Below are positions 29,270 through 47,034 of a DNA stretch of 64,000 nt, piece by piece. Every line of letters begins with the position of its first letter. The stretch's first letter is position 1. Source of the DNA: the human T2T-CHM13v2.0 reference genome, Homo sapiens. Location: the NCBI RefSeq assembly GCF_009914755.1, contig NC_060928.1, one strand, 5' to 3'. A model generated the notes under the pieces. That model had not been told where the DNA came from. It was given only the letters and a program-made list of their open reading frames with translations, and ran no database searches. Both the position numbers and the translations under genes were made by a program.

Positions 29270-29730
29270 ACAGGATAAAGTCCAAGCTCCTTTGCTTGGC
29301 ATACAAGGTCCTTGATAACCTGGGACCAGCTTCTCCCTCCAGGCTCAGAGCTTCTACCCCTCTTTTCTGAACTCTGGCCTCACAGACCTTTCATCATTCC
29401 CGGAACATGCCATCCCTTTTCCACAAGCTCTCTTAGCCTCATAAGCTTTTATCCCATTCTAATTATTCTTCTAATTCCATCCTTCAAGACCCAGTTCAGA
29501 TATCGCCTCTCTGGCACCTCTCCAGGTTCCCAGGCAGCCTGTGCTCGAGGTCTGCATGCCGCTTGGTCCACACCCTGCCTTAATGCTTAGAGTCTTGGAT
29601 GTCTCTCTCCTGCTCTTCCATGAAGCTCTGCAGGAGGGACAGGGCCTGCTTTTTCATTATTATAATCTCTATCAATTTCGTGTTTAGTGCATTGAGGACT
29701 CCCAGAGTTTTTAATAGATAAATGAGTCAA
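29270..29730 (-). mobile_element. L2 fragment
   Basis: caggataaagtccaagctcctttgcttggcatacaaggtcctt ... tgaagctctgcaggagggacagggcc. Confidence 0.65.
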
Positions 29731-30582
29731 TGGGCATCTGAGTTGAGATCCCCAAATAGCATATCTACTAGTCATAACATCTAAGATTTGTATAACTTCA
29801 CCTTTTCACCACATCAACCAGTTTGACCTTCAGCAGATTTACTACCGGGGCAGGTGGTATTATTCTTATTTTAGAAATTATAGAATGGACTTAGAGTTTA
29901 AGTTACTTGGTGAAGGTTGAGAGTAGAGCCAGTGAATGATTATTAACTTTTTGTAATTTTTGTAATAAGGGCACATTTTGGTCCTTGGCAGTGCCAGCTC
30001 AGTATGCTTTAAATTTTTCCCAAATTTAGTAAATGCTATATTGATTTTCATATCTATTGCTTTAGTAATCCATGATCCAGAAAAGATAAATGCAAATACA
30101 GTGTTCTCTGAAGCATTTTTATTATGGCTAAAAAGAAGATGCAACTTAAAGTCCCAACAGTAGAAAAAGAATTTGATAAATTTACGTATATTAACATAGT
30201 AGAATATTAAGTAGTTCTTTGAATTATAATTATGATACCTATTTGGGAATGTGTGACAAGTATTAAAATTAGACTGCGATTGTAACTAAATATATGGCGA
30301 GGTTTATGTTGTGTTAGGCTCATGAGAAGGCAAGAAATTTTATTATTTAAATGTTTTCTCCAGTAATGTATTGGATTCAAGCCATTGAGATTTGGGGAGT
30401 GTTTCAGTGACTTATTTGGGCAAAACAGAATATTTGAAATTGGCATTGTCTCAGAATCTGGCATTTAGGATCATTAGCCATATACTTTGTCTGAAAGATT
30501 GAAAAGAACTTAAATTATTATTATTGGAATCATTGTAAATAATGTTGTTGTTAAAAATGTGATTATAAGACAATGTGGGAAA

Positions 30583-30880
<298 letters not shown>

Positions 30881-30949
30881 GAAACTTGGTTTTAAAGTTA
30901 GAGGAAAACCCTGACACAGAGTTCTGCCAAATAAAGGTAGTTTTGTCTT

Positions 30950-30957
30950 TGTGTGTG

Positions 30958-30998
<41 letters not shown>
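30950..30998. repeat. (TG)n microsatellite with two GA interruptions
   Basis: tgtgtgtgagtgtgag(tg)n read directly. Confidence 0.97.
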
Positions 30999-30999
<1 letters not shown>

Positions 31000-31939
31000 T
31001 CAACATAGTATCAAATTATTGAATTGTCTAAGAGATTTTCTCTTAAGGATATTTTGGGATTATCAGAAGGTATAATGTGATTATAAGAAAACATGGGAAA
31101 CCCAGAGAAATGAAACATTAGAAATAAACCTTAAGACCACAGTCATACTTGGCAATGATCATCACAATTAATAGTTGGTTGTCTCCTTGCAGTGTTTTTT
31201 CTAAGTTTATGTGTGGATGAGAGATTTTCTCCCCTGCCATGGCAACATGTTGCTGGATTGTGTACAGGAGAGATTATCTCTGGATATTCTGTGTGATATC
31301 TAATACATTTCAGACCAGGAATTCCTAACCTTTTAAAACTGGCACAGCCCTTGCTTTCAGCGTGTGGTGTCAAACCCTCGTGCCCGCCTGCCAGGGACAG
31401 GTGCTGGGCAAAGGTTGCGGTCCCGGGCTGCCTACAGCGTGGTGCCTGCTAGATTTGGCCTGGGGTGGGTGCCTCAAGTTGTTACCTGCTACTTGCCTTC
31501 TAAGGTGCTGATCCCTGTCAATTAACGTGGCAATCTAGAAGGGAAGCTGTAAAATCAGGGTAAGGAGGAGAACGTGGAAAGCCTTTCAATCACAGTTTGA
31601 TGAGGAAATGGAAAGGGGCACATTTCTCCCTAACAAGTTACAAAATACCTGATCTAGGATTTGAAGATGGAAAAAGAGATAACAGAGAAAGGTTAAGGGT
31701 CTTTAGAGCTGTCCCATTTTCCTGATAGTCTTACATAATTAGTTAAATGGAATAAACAGTATTGTGATAGCTGAGAATTCCTACAAATACCTGTGTAAAC
31801 ATAATGTATTTAGTAACATTTTGTTGTAGTTTTAGCAGTACACCAAGATGTAACTGTTTTTTGTTGTTTGAGAGAACACCTGGAGTTTTTTGTCCTACCT
31901 CCAAGAGGATTAAGGAGCACCACATGAAGGTGAGGTTAG

Positions 31940-32288
<349 letters not shown>

Positions 32289-34029
32289 CCCAGGCTGCTT
32301 TTTATGTTATGTGGGAATAAGGCACCAAACTTTGAACTGGGGGCTCTCTGGAAATCCTTCCCTTGCTATCTACCTAAGGCAAGCTAGCACTCCTTTCAGT
32401 TTCTTTGAGTGATAAAAGTTGTTTGATCTTTTTTACATAAAAATGATAGGCTGTCAATCTCTGGAAAATGATTATATGTTAAGGGGAAATTAAGTGATGT
32501 TGTACATTTACTTATCTACCTACTTCTGAATATAGCTTTTTTGTTTGTTTGTTTTAAAAGGAATTGCTTAAACTTCTAAAAATTTTCTTAAGTTTCAAGT
32601 GAGAATGCTTCTGTGGAATGGGAACTTGGGAAGAGGGGAGGTAGAGGAGGGTTAGTGACTGGAAGAAAGGAGGGGCGCGTCATGAAGACTCTAGAAAGAA
32701 TACCAAGATGTGTGAGTGGGGGTGTTCTCCCTCCCCTCACTTTTGTTTCAGACTCAGTGGAGTGTCTTCACGCTCCGTCTTCCTCCTTGTTTGTGCTTTA
32801 AAATCTCGGCTTTCTTGGCTACTGTGAGGACACAGTTTCCTGGTCCCTCTTTTAACTCAATGTTTACCTTGTCTCTTTTTATTTTTTTGCCTCCCAGGAG
32901 AATTGACTAGTTCCTTACTGAAAACCCTAAGAGATCCCTGCTGTAGCAGCTATAATACTCAAAAGCTTTTGTTTTTATGAATTTTTCTGTACTAGATTTA
33001 ACCCCTTAAGAGCAAGAATTATGCCCTAATCTTTGTTTTCCTATTACCTGGCAATATAACATGTAGTAAATCAATGATTGACAACTGGATAAATGAATCT
33101 TAAAAAGGAAAACATTATAATAAGCTATTTATGAAGATATGACACACAGACTTTCCTTTGACTTCCTTCATTTATTCTATTAGAGTACTTTAGAAACTTT
33201 TGTTAGAAGACTTAGAGATACCTAATAAATAACACCTCTCTTCCTGACCAAGTTCTGAATCATTGGATATTTAAGAATCTGGAGTTAGAGAACTAAAACC
33301 GGCTTTGTATTACTGATAAGACATATTCTCCTGTATCAGCCAGGGTAAGAGAGCCAGGAGTTACTAACTCCTTCTCCCCTAGGGTAGACTTTGGGGTGGC
33401 CCACTGGAGGGGAAGTTTGGGTCTGAAGGACAGATGCTTCCCAAAGTGTAGAGAGGAGGAGGAAAGAAACCAACTCCTCCAAGAGCCCCTGCCCTTCTCA
33501 CCCCTTCCTACAGCACAGGATGCTTCTCTGTTGCCCACCAATTAGGTAATTCCTTGACCTCCAAGGAGAGAGGAAGGCTTGGGATAAAAGGACAGTAGTG
33601 TTTAGGGAAAGAGAAGCCTCTCATTGTGACGTCCTTGGTTTCTGTGCTCTTGACCCTTTGGAATTACCTGTTAAGCCTGAGATCAGCCGATTTCCAGCCC
33701 TGTGCTTTCACCTTCTTGGACCTGTTCCTCCTTCCCCTGAGAGCCAACCCCTCCCCTGATTTCTTTGTTGACCCTCCTCGGACTGCTGGGGTCTGCTGTT
33801 GAGTTTGCCCCTAGACAGCTTTGAGATGGATTAGATAAATTCACTAATAATCTGCCCCAAGGCCACACTGTAACCAGGGTTGAAAGTTCACATCTTCCTC
33901 TGTTTCCCCATCCCAAATTCTTTTCAACTGCAATATCCGGTACAGTTTATCAGAGCTTTTGTGATGCGATTAAATAACAGTGTTAAAATATGGCAGTAGA
34001 AAATATCAGCCATATAAAATGCCTGTCAT

Positions 34030-34260
34030 AGAGATGCATAGTGGGAGTGAATAAGAGGGTGAATTCCAAACCAGACCACCTGGCTAAAAATCTTGGTTCT
34101 GAGTGACTGTAGCCAAGTTACCTAATCTCCCTGTGTCTCAGTTTATCTGTAAAATATGTAATAATAGCCCTTTCGGATAGGGTTGGTGTAGCAATTGAAT
34201 CAACCAATTTATTTAAAGAGCTTAGAACTAGTCTCTGGCACATAGCTGAAATGCCTTAAT
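34030..34260 (+). mobile_element. MIR
   Basis: caagttacctaatctccctgtgtctcagttt..atctgtaaaat ... aaagagcttagaactagtctctggcacatag. Confidence 0.75.
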
Positions 34261-36002
34261 CACTTAACTTTTAAAAAGAACCTTCTGAATATAAACCCTC
34301 TTCTATTATGAAACTCCGGGAGAACTTTAATATTCAGAGATTAGAACCCCCAACGGGACATGAAAGTTCAAGGCTATGGTAGTGTATCCAGTTATCTTGG
34401 CCTGTGAGTTAACATTCAAAGAATTTGAAGTCCTCTTCAATTTCTTGTTTTTATTTTATTTTATTTTATTTTTATTTTAATCAGAAGTTCTCCATGCCTC
34501 TGTGCAGCTGGGGAACTTTTAGTAGCTACAGGCTGGATTTGTTCTTGCTAGAATGTGCGTGGTTTCCCCACGGTTTCAGAATTTATAGTGGTTCAATAGT
34601 AAGTCATTTGAGCCTCACTTGAATCTGCAATCTTAATGAAACGCACAAGAATAACAGATTATTAACTTCACATCCAAAAAAATTGGAAAACGTGTCCCCC
34701 CACTTCCCAGCCCTCCAAGCACTAATTTTAAGCAGAATCGTCCCTAGTACTTCGATTTACCAAAGAGAGGGAAGGAAGTTGGAGAGAGCCTCACCTTGGT
34801 TTCCGCTTGAATTCATGCTGGTTGTGGAGTCTCAGACCTTTGCACTTAACGCTTGGCAGGGAGAGATCACCATTAGTCAGGAGGCTAATCTGGGTACTTT
34901 GGGGGTTAGAGAGGAGCCACCTGTGCATACCACTGCTCTACTCAGGAAGGGGCACCTGAGATGCTCTGGCCTTCCCTCAGAGTTTATAAATTTGCCTGGC
35001 GGTAGCCGACATACTCGGCCTGCCTTCCTTCTGTTTTCCATGTGTGGATTTCTGTTTCTTCCTTGGGCCCTTGTTTCTGGCATCTCCCGGCACTTTTGTG
35101 CTAGTGGTATGGAAGCTGTGTTAGGAGCAGAGCTTCTGCAGTCTGTGGGCAGTGACGTTGAGATCTGTGCACAGGGTGGTTTCCATTGCCTCTCACTGTG
35201 GACTTGCGGGGGCTTCTGAAACCTGCTTCTTAGGGAAGTTTGTTTCCTTTTTGTCCACTTATTTCAACTGGAGTGGTGTTCTCAGCAGATGCCCTGAGGT
35301 GAGCAGTTGTTGACACTTTGGAAGTGTGAGTCCATCAGGGCCTAGTGGTGATAGTTCCTTCTTTTTCTGTGTTAGTCGGCTGTTCCCCCAGGACTTGCTT
35401 GTTCTCCACTGTTCAATTTAACCAGCTTTTTGTGTTGCTCTCTTTCTTTTTAAATTAGTACATTCCTTTAATTTTTTTTTAACTTTTTGGTCTAGATATT
35501 TATTTTCCCTTTAGATCTTTCTCTAGATTTTTTTCGGTGTGTTCTCCCAAAGCAAAAGAGATAAAATCAAGTTCTGGGTCTACTAAAAACATCTATAGTT
35601 CAAACAAATCTTTTTTCTGTTTGTTGCGTTGCATAATCTTACATAAGAGATACTCTCCTGTCAGCCCAGTATCCCAGTCAGGCCCAGGCTCGGTTTATCT
35701 TGTCCTGCCTGGTTCTCCTTTAATGGTTTCCTCTTTGCTGTGCCTTCTTTTGATTGAGTCCTAAATGCCATAAACTTCTCAAGCATATTCCCTCAGGGCA
35801 CAAGCAGTAATTGTATCTCCATTGAAAAATGCACTGAGCATTCCACACTCACCTTCCTGGTTTCCTTTCACCTGTCCAGGTTTGTGTAAGGCTTGGTGTA
35901 GCCGCCTCAGTCTTTGATGGTAGAGCTCCTTAATTGTTTACTATGGGGGATTTAAGTGTATTTCTTCACAGTTCCTAGAACTCAATCATGGTTTCTTAAT
36001 TA

Positions 36003-36306
36003 TTTTTATTTTTACTTTTGTTTTAAGACAGGGTCTTGCTCTGTTGCCCAAGCTAGAATGCAGTGGTGCAGTTACAGTTATTACAACCTTGGCCTCCCGA
36101 GCTCAGGTGATCCTCCCTCCTCAGCCTCCTGAGTAGCTGGGACTACAGGCATGTACCACCATGCCCAGCTAAGTTTTATATTTTTTTGTGGAGACAGGGT
36201 TTCACCATGTTGCCCAGGCTGGTTTCAAACTCCTGAGCTCAAGTGATCCACCTGCCTCGGTCTACCAAAGTGCTAGGATGACAGGTGTGAGCCACCATGA
36301 CTGGCC
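36003..36306 (-). mobile_element. AluJ
   Basis: Diverged antisense dimer. Confidence 0.9.
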
Positions 36307-36489
36307 TATTTTTTGAGGAACAATTCCAGTCTGCTGAGATCTTGCCTGTCTTCCTTTATTAGAGTCTTTTAAAAGCTCCATTTAGCACAGATATATTTCA
36401 TTTTGAATACCTGCACAATGAGATCTCAAAGTATCTCCACTTCTCTTTTTATATCTGTTTAACCTGACTTTCTAGATGTTGTTTTCTTT

Positions 36490-37680
<1,191 letters not shown>

Positions 37681-39054
37681 GCGTCCTTTCTTTTATAGCC
37701 TAATTCTCGCCACAGCGATGCCTGCTTAAGTATAAGCTGTGCCCATGCTACTCAAGGTCAAGCGACGGCAGCCTGCATCACAAAGCTTAAACTTTTGCCG
37801 AGCCTGGATCTTGTTTCAGGGCCTGTGCCAGACATGCAGGGCCTACTTGTCATTTGTTTGAGGCCCAGCATCATCCAATTGTATAAAAATAGTTACTTGC
37901 CTTTGGACAGAGCCAACATACGCTGCCTGACCTATCAAGGTGAAAATCCCACATGGCTCTGCTGAAGCTGCCAGCCCAGGTTGTAATAGTTAAAAGCTAG
38001 TTATCCAGGTGTAAAAACCAAGGTGTTGCCCAACACAGATGACTTCCACTTGGCCAAACCAAAAGTTTAGATAGTACAGGGGTTATCTTAGTCTCCCAAT
38101 TGTTTTTTGTCTGTCTTTCAGGGTTTCTGGCACATTTCAGGGAGTGGGAGGTAGTGTCCAGTAAATGACACTTCTTTTTTTCTTGAGTTCTGTTCCAATC
38201 ATGAAATAAAAAGAACTTGAAGTGTTTTAGGGGAAAAAAAATCTCTTAGAAACCAAAGGAGTGTGGTAAAGAGTTATCTTCTAAAAGCTTTAATGTGGGA
38301 AAAATGCTTCCCCCAAGCATCTAAATTATTTGTTGTGGAATTTTATTAAATAAATGCATTAATTGTGAATGAGCAAATCAATATAATCTCCCCTTTGAGG
38401 CCTACTGTGTACCCAGTGGTTTGCATATGTATCTCATTTAGCACCCATCATATTGCTGTGAATTCAATAACTTGATTTCATAGAAGAGGAAGCTGAGTCT
38501 TAGAGTGGGTGGGGAATGTCCCCAGGCTTTTATGGCTGGGGTTTGATCTCAAATCTGTGTTGGCTAAGCACTTGGCCACACTGCCTTTTCTAAAATGATG
38601 TGGATAAGGAAAAATGCTATCCATATGCAGTAGCCTCTTTTTTCCTCAAAGCAAACTAATTTCAGCCACTTCCTAGGTTTTTGCAAATGTTTGCATGAGT
38701 GGGTCTGGCAGTATAGTTAGATTTTGTTTTAGTGGTTAATATCTGAGGAATAAAAGGGTAGTGGTGGTGGTGGTGGGGGTTGAAACACAATTGCTATTTA
38801 ATATCAGGGAAAAATAGCTGTACAGTACTTATTAATAACTCAGCTGAGCCTGCTGTTATGCAGGAAACACTAAATTAGGAGTGTGGTTATAGAATCTGAG
38901 TGTTATGTGGAAGGCACCCAAGATAGCTCTCATTTTATACAAGATCATTTGCCATGTGCATAATACTGTGTGTGGGGGCCACCTGCTGGAGCAGTCAGAT
39001 GGCTTATACAGAATCAGTGTTCCAGATGCATATGTTGGCATAAGAGATTTACTT

Positions 39055-39333
39055 TTTCTTGTCTTTTTGAGATGGACTCTGTTACCCAGGCTGGAGTGCA
39101 ATGGTGCAGTTGCAGCTCCGCCTCCCGGGTTCAAGCAATTCCCCAGCTTCAGCCTCCCGAGAAGCTGAGATTACAGGCGTGTGCCACCATGCCCAGCAAA
39201 TTTTTGTATTTTTACTAGAGACAGGGTTTCACCATGTTGGACAGGCTGGTCTCAAATTCTTGACCTCGAGTGATCCGCCCTCCTTGGCCTCCCAAAGTGC
39301 CGAGATTACAGGTGTGAGCCACTGCGCCCGGCC
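39055..39333 (-). mobile_element. AluS
   Basis: Antisense dimer; TSD gagatttactttt. Confidence 0.9.
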
Positions 39334-40369
39334 GAGATTTACTTTTATAATGACTTCTAATATTTAGCATTCAAAATTGTGAAAGGGGAGAAAGATGTCT
39401 GAGAAATACAGAATCTAAGATTGGGATTTGTCTAAGTAATTCTTTCATATTTCATAAGTTGTAGTCCTTAAATAAAAAGGTTTCATGTGGTTATTACCAG
39501 GAACATCAAGCCTCTTGTTCATTCTGTCTGGATTAATATAGATTCTCAAATATATTTATTTATTAGGCTGTGCTTTACTCTTGTTGATAAGACATCAGAA
39601 TGACTTAATACTTTAAGTCTGTTATTTCCTTTCCTGTTTAATTGCACACAGTCCCCCCAAATCACACCCTTCTTGTGGCCCAGGGCACCAGCAATTCCTT
39701 AGCAAGTGAAGGGAGATGATTCCTTTCTCTCTAGTATCCAGTTCCCTAAATTCATACTTCTTCACCACAAAACTGTGGAAATACATGACATACAAAAGGA
39801 GTTTTAACATTTCTATTTTCTTGACCTTTGCATTTTATCTTGGTATGGTTTTCTAATATATATCCCTGTGTTGATGGATTTTTAGGCCTTTAGGTACCTA
39901 GGAGAAACAGATTTGATCTATTTTAATTTGTTAAAAAAGTACTGACTGCAGTTGAAAAACCTGATTTTTTTTTCTGTTTTTCTACTACCTAGCCCCAAGA
40001 TCTTTGATAAGTCTCTTAACCCCTCCAAGCCACAATTTCCCCCATCTTCTAAAAGGGGATAATACTTTATATGAAATAATATGAAATATATAAACTATAT
40101 TAATACTTTCAATGAAGACTACTTAAGAAAAAGTTGTTTATAGAGTTACTTTTTCTTTTTTCTATAAAATATCTGATCTGATTTGTTAAAGGAGTATGGG
40201 AGGTTTCAAAACTAGAGAATTACGTTTTTATTTGTTTTTCCTGTCTAATCAGCCCAGGCTCACTCTGGATGAGGGCGTGTCCTGTTGTCACACAGTGTGC
40301 TCAGTTGGGGACAGTTGGGGAACTTGTAACCCTAGTATGTGGTTGCCCCCTGGCTAACATTTTGGTTAG

Positions 40370-40705
<336 letters not shown>

Positions 40706-41270
40706 CAATTGTTTTGTTCTTTTGAGAAAGATATGGACTTGAAACTTTTTCTTTTAGAAAAATTAGCATACTTCTGAAGGGCAGTTTGGAGGTGCTAGAA
40801 CTCCCCCTTGTGGGATTCTGAAATATGTCCTACAACAAAAGAAACAAAATAGTGATTTTTAAAATGCCTCTCGCTAATAGAAGAATCTTAATTAAAATGG
40901 CAAGTTATAAATATATCCGTCCAGAGATTTACTAAGAATGACAAAATATTAGGCTTTAAATCATAGCAAATTACTCTGCGAAATAGGGTTGTTAATTGTG
41001 TCAAAAACTGTTAATATGAGTGTGAACTTTTAACATCTTTTCATTTGAAGAAATATTGTAGGGTAGAGAATTGCCTTGTCAGGTTAAGACCTTAACATAG
41101 TTAAATTGTTGTAGATTTCTTAAAAAAAAAAAAAAAACTTATAAATGTGTACTTTAAAAGTGTGTTAATATGATTTTTTTCTTTAAACATTTTTTGAAAG
41201 TTTCAGATCAGAAATACACACTGTTAGGTTTTTATTCTTTTATTTTGTAGGCACCGTTTACTATTTTCTG

Positions 41271-41310
41271 TTTCTTGCCCTTTTCAAGCTTCTCTTGCCC
41301 TTTTCAAGCT
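41271..41310. repeat. 20-bp tandem duplication (t[t/c]tcttgcccttttcaagct x2)
   Basis: Read directly. Confidence 0.9.
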
Positions 41311-41344
41311 GATTCCCTAGCATCTGTGGCTGTATGCCCACCTC

Positions 41345-42650
41345 TATCCACTCATCAGCTGTTTATTGAGTGCTGATGAAGTGATAGGCATTGTGCATTC
41401 GAAGCACGAGATGCTTAGAATCTCCTGGCGTAGGTAGACCTTGACCATGTTGTTGTGAGAAGTGTTACAAAAGGTCAGGTAGAAGTTGCTGTGGTGTCTG
41501 AGAGGGTATTTAAGCCAGGACATGAAGCATAAATCAGATTTAGCTAGGTGGAGAGGTGGGTGGGTTGGAGGAGTGGGTGCAAGGCAAAGGGACAGAAAAT
41601 TCAAAGGTGTTGAGGCAAGCAGAGCAGAAACGAGACCAGTGAGGTTGGAGCATGCGCAGGGAGGTCGAGACTAGGCAGGTGCCGGAGTTTTATAGCGACA
41701 GCAGAGGATTTGGGACTTTTGCCAAGTGAGAAGTCTTTGAAGAGTTTTAAGCAAATAGTGGCATGACCAGATTTGTATATGGGTAAATTCACTCTTGGTG
41801 CAGTGTGGAGAATGGAGTGGAAAGGGCAGAGGTGGATGCAGGGAGACTAAGAGGAAGTTACTGCACCATCATTTTTTTGTGTAGTTTTGTGGTGTTAGAG
41901 TATTTATTTTGACTTTGTAGGCTGTACAGTCTCTGTTGCAAGTACTCAACTCTGCTATCATAGCACGAAGGCAATAGTAGACAGTCCATAAAGGAACGGG
42001 CATGGCTGTGTTCCAATAAAACTTTGCTGACAAAAATAAGCAGCAAACTGGATTTAACCTGTGGGCATAGTTTGCTAACCCCTGATATCTGGGGTATTTA
42101 TTAAGAAAGAGGAGAAGTGAGTGGGTTTAAGGGCTCATGAAGGAGGTACAATCAGTATGACTTGGTTATGGATTTGTTTGAGGAGAGTATGAGAAGCTGA
42201 AGTGAAAGGGGTTTTCAGGTTTCTGGCTTAAACAACTGGATAAATAATGATAGGGTTGATGAATAATGGTGCTAAGATGAGGCACACAGCAAAGGTGGCC
42301 AGGTTGGGGTGTGTGAAGATTCAGGTGGATGCCCAGTCACTGGTTGGACATATAGGTATGGAGAGGACTAAGCTAGGGGAATCGATGTGGGAGGGTTCAG
42401 CATGCCAACAAGCTCCCCTGGGAGAGAGTGAAGAGGGCATAGGCAGCATCCAGCATAACTCAGTGTCTGATGGTTAAAGGAGCAACAGCTGGCAGAGGAA
42501 CCAGAGAGAAAGAAAAACCGAGAGGGACAAGTGGTTCAGGCTGTAACAGGACAGGGGGCTGGTGGCAGCAGGGAGAGTGGTGAACAAAAGGAGAAGTTTC
42601 TGTTGGATTTGGCCGTGTGAGGATCATTTGTAACCTTAGTTAAAGCAGTT
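41345..42650 (-). mobile_element. L2 remnant interrupted by MER58A (about 41890-42084)
   Basis: L2: tgtttattgagtgct, gaagagttttaagcaaatagtggcatgaccagattt, caggtttctggcttaaacaactgg. MER58A: gggcatggctgtgttccaataaaacttt...catagtttgctaacccctg. Confidence 0.75.
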
Positions 42651-42655
42651 TCAGA

Positions 42656-43450
<795 letters not shown>

Positions 43451-43525
43451 CAGTTTCAGAAAGTGGGCTTTTTCTGTTTGATGTTGGGATTTGTTCATAG
43501 ACAAATTTAAAAATCTAGTTCTTCA

Positions 43526-43790
43526 GGCTGGTGTATTGGTGCACACCTGTAATCCTAGCACTTTGGGAGGCTGAGGTGGGTGGATTGCTTGAGCCCAGGA
43601 GTTCAAAACCAGCCTGGGAAATATGGTGAAGCTCCGTCTCTATAAAAAATACACAAATTAGCCATGTGTGGTGGTGTGTGCCTGTAGTCCCAGCTACTTG
43701 GGAGGCTGAGGTGGAGGTTGCATGAGCCAAGATTGCACTACCCGACTCCAGCCTGGGAAACAGAGTGAGACCCTGTCTCAAAAAACAAAA
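43526..43790 (+). mobile_element. AluJ with internal deletion
   Basis: TSD aaaaatctagtt. Confidence 0.88.
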
Positions 43791-43984
43791 AAATCTAGTT
43801 TAAGATTTTAGATTCATTTTACAAATCATATTATTCTATTTAAGAATACTAGCAGATATGAACAATGATTTCTTTAAAAGAGTGTTTAATGTTTGGTCCC
43901 ATTTACAAACTTAAACTCCTTAAATATTTTTACTGCATTAAAAATATATTTTATTCTTTTTCTTAAAAAAAGATTAAAAGAGTC

Positions 43985-44222
43985 ACGGTTCACTACAGCC
44001 TTGACCTCTTGGGCTCAATCAATCATCCCACCTCAGCCTTCCTAGTAGCTGGGACTATAAGCGCACATCACCACGCCTGGCTAATTCTGGTATTTTTTCT
44101 AGTAGAGACGGGGTTTTGCCATGTCTCCTAGCTGGTCTGCAACTCCTGGGCTCCAGTGATCCACTGCCTTGGCCTCCCAAAGTGCTGGGATTACAGATGT
44201 GAACCACTACTGTGCCTGACCT
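43985..44222 (-). mobile_element. AluJ, partial
   Basis: Antisense Alu lacking the tail end. Confidence 0.85.
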
Positions 44223-45271
44223 ATTCTTTTTTTTCTGTATTTTAATTGCCTGAATGACAATTGAAGTAGTTTAAAATGTATTCTTTTATAATGTACTTGG
44301 GTAAGTTTTATAAATCTAACAAACATAATTGTAGTGATTCTTCTTAGTAATGCATCTTTCCTGGGTTTTTAAATAGGTACTCCCTATTAAGCCAGCCTAG
44401 GCTTTGGAGAATGCCTTCTTACCTTGCCAAGATTTGATGTTAGGACTGTGGCTCCCGGGTGGAGTACCTTTTTCTAATCACTATGCCAGAGACATTAAAC
44501 TTAATGAAAGAGGAAGTCTCATAGCCCATGTCTTTTAGATTCACATACTGCACTGAGTAACTTTTTGCTGTATTCACATGCCTGTAGCCCCCACCCTCCT
44601 ACCCAAGGTTGTATCCCTTGATTTGATTTTTCATTTTCCTTTTCTTAAATATGTGTTGACATCATCCCAGGGGCTGTTAAGATCTTTAAATTTGACAGAG
44701 TCTTGCATTCTTTTTATATGCTTTTGTCTCTTTCATCCATAACTCTTCCCTGTTAAAAATGATAGTCAGTTGAATTTTGGACATCTCTTTTTTTTTATTT
44801 TTTGTTTTTTTGGTCTAACTTGAGGGTCATGGTTTCTAGGTCATTGTACTGATGGAAGGCACACTTAGAATTTTGTTACTTTGTAAACCTACTTTAAAAT
44901 AACAATAGATTCCTGTGTTTAAATAACATTTTCAACAAACATCAGAAACACCAAACTCCAGTGTTCCTGTGTATATTTAGAACATATTCACCTGCTTATA
45001 GGTGTAATAAGGAATTTTCATGTTGCCCGAGGGAGAACTTATGATTTTCATTAGAATGTAAGCTCAGTGACAGTCCTGAGAACAGATTTCTCTGTTTAGC
45101 TTACTGTTGTGTATCCACTAAAAAGAATAATGCCCAGCATTTAGCAGATACTCAGATATTTATTGAATAAATGAAAAAGTGTAGTTTCTGAATACTTGAT
45201 AAATTGTTTATTATTAGTGTGAGATTGAGCCTTTTACTTAAAGTTCTTTTCCTCCTTTTTTCTTCTTTTAG

Positions 45272-45349
45272 GCAGAAACCACTAATACTAGCCTCTTGCA
45301 GGTGCAACTGGAATGCAGTTTACATAATAAAGTGTGTCAGCAATTAAAG
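45272..45349 (+). CDS. TMEM131L: TMEM131L coding exon, 78 nt, phase 0/0 (AETTNTSLLQVQLECSLHNKVCQQLK)
   Basis: Long pyrimidine tract ttttag|GCA ... AAG|gtaaaa. Confidence 0.93.
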
Positions 45350-45417
45350 GTAAAATAAAATGTGTAGTGTTTTCTCTCTGCTTTCCTCCTGCCTCTTTGC
45401 TTAAAAATAAAACACAA

Positions 45418-45764
<347 letters not shown>

Positions 45765-45852
45765 TTAAATGCTTCTCCTTTCCTCCATAGTTTGAAACCA
45801 CAAAGTTGAGATGATTTTTTTTTTCCTTTTTTCCTCCTCCTTCCAACCATAG

Positions 45853-46006
45853 GGTTGTTATCTGGAATCTGATGATGTTTTGCGTCTACAAATGAGCATA
45901 ATGGTAACAATGGAAAACTTTTCAAAAGAATTTGAAGAAAACACACAACATTTGTTAGATCATCTCTCTATTGTTTACGTAGCTACAGATGAATCTGAGA
46001 CCTCAG
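45853..46006 (+). CDS. TMEM131L: TMEM131L coding exon, 154 nt ([51 protein letters not shown])
   Basis: ccatag|GGT ... TCAG|gtaagg. Confidence 0.95.
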
Positions 46007-46659
46007 GTAAGGTGGAATGTTTAAAAATTTTATTATATTTTCATCAGTCTGCATCATCATTCTATAGCATTTATGAACAGATTGTATCATAGCAAACCAA
46101 GACAAATAGCCTTTGCTTTAATTATTAAGTGATTGTAGTAGTAACTGGTTCTCAACCTACAACTGCTAAGAAGGCTGTATTATTTTGGGGAGAAGTGACA
46201 ACTGCAAACTATTCTGAGTTTCCTTAGGAATAATTTTTCTTCATGTTTGGAGACAGTAAGGAAATTAAATGGGCATGACAGTTTAATATAAATATTTACA
46301 AAGTATTTGAAGTCTTGGGTTTCTTGTTCCACTTTTAATGATTTGCCTAAGCTCATTTAACCACATCATGCTGTTTTGTATTTTAAATAGCTAATAGGTT
46401 GCGGTTGTTCCTGGATGCTTGACAAGTTAGGTAGAATTTTAGTGTTCAGTTTTATGAATTTTATCTTTGGAAATGTGTGTCCTACTTATCAGAAATAAAT
46501 GCATTCATCTGTTTAACTTCCTAAGAACTTTTTTCAGAGACACATTCTGTGATCCATGAAATTCCTAACGTAGAGTATACTAGTATCTTTTGGTTATCAA
46601 GACTTCTGAATGTGACTGTATATTTGTATTCATATTCAAGAAAGTATGGTTTTTATTCT

Positions 46660-47034
<375 letters not shown>

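Noticed and set aside
34683-35219. 178-aa ORF in the long intron
   Set aside because: TTG start, no homology recognised, and not needed for the TMEM131L frame, which joins 22811 directly to 45272.
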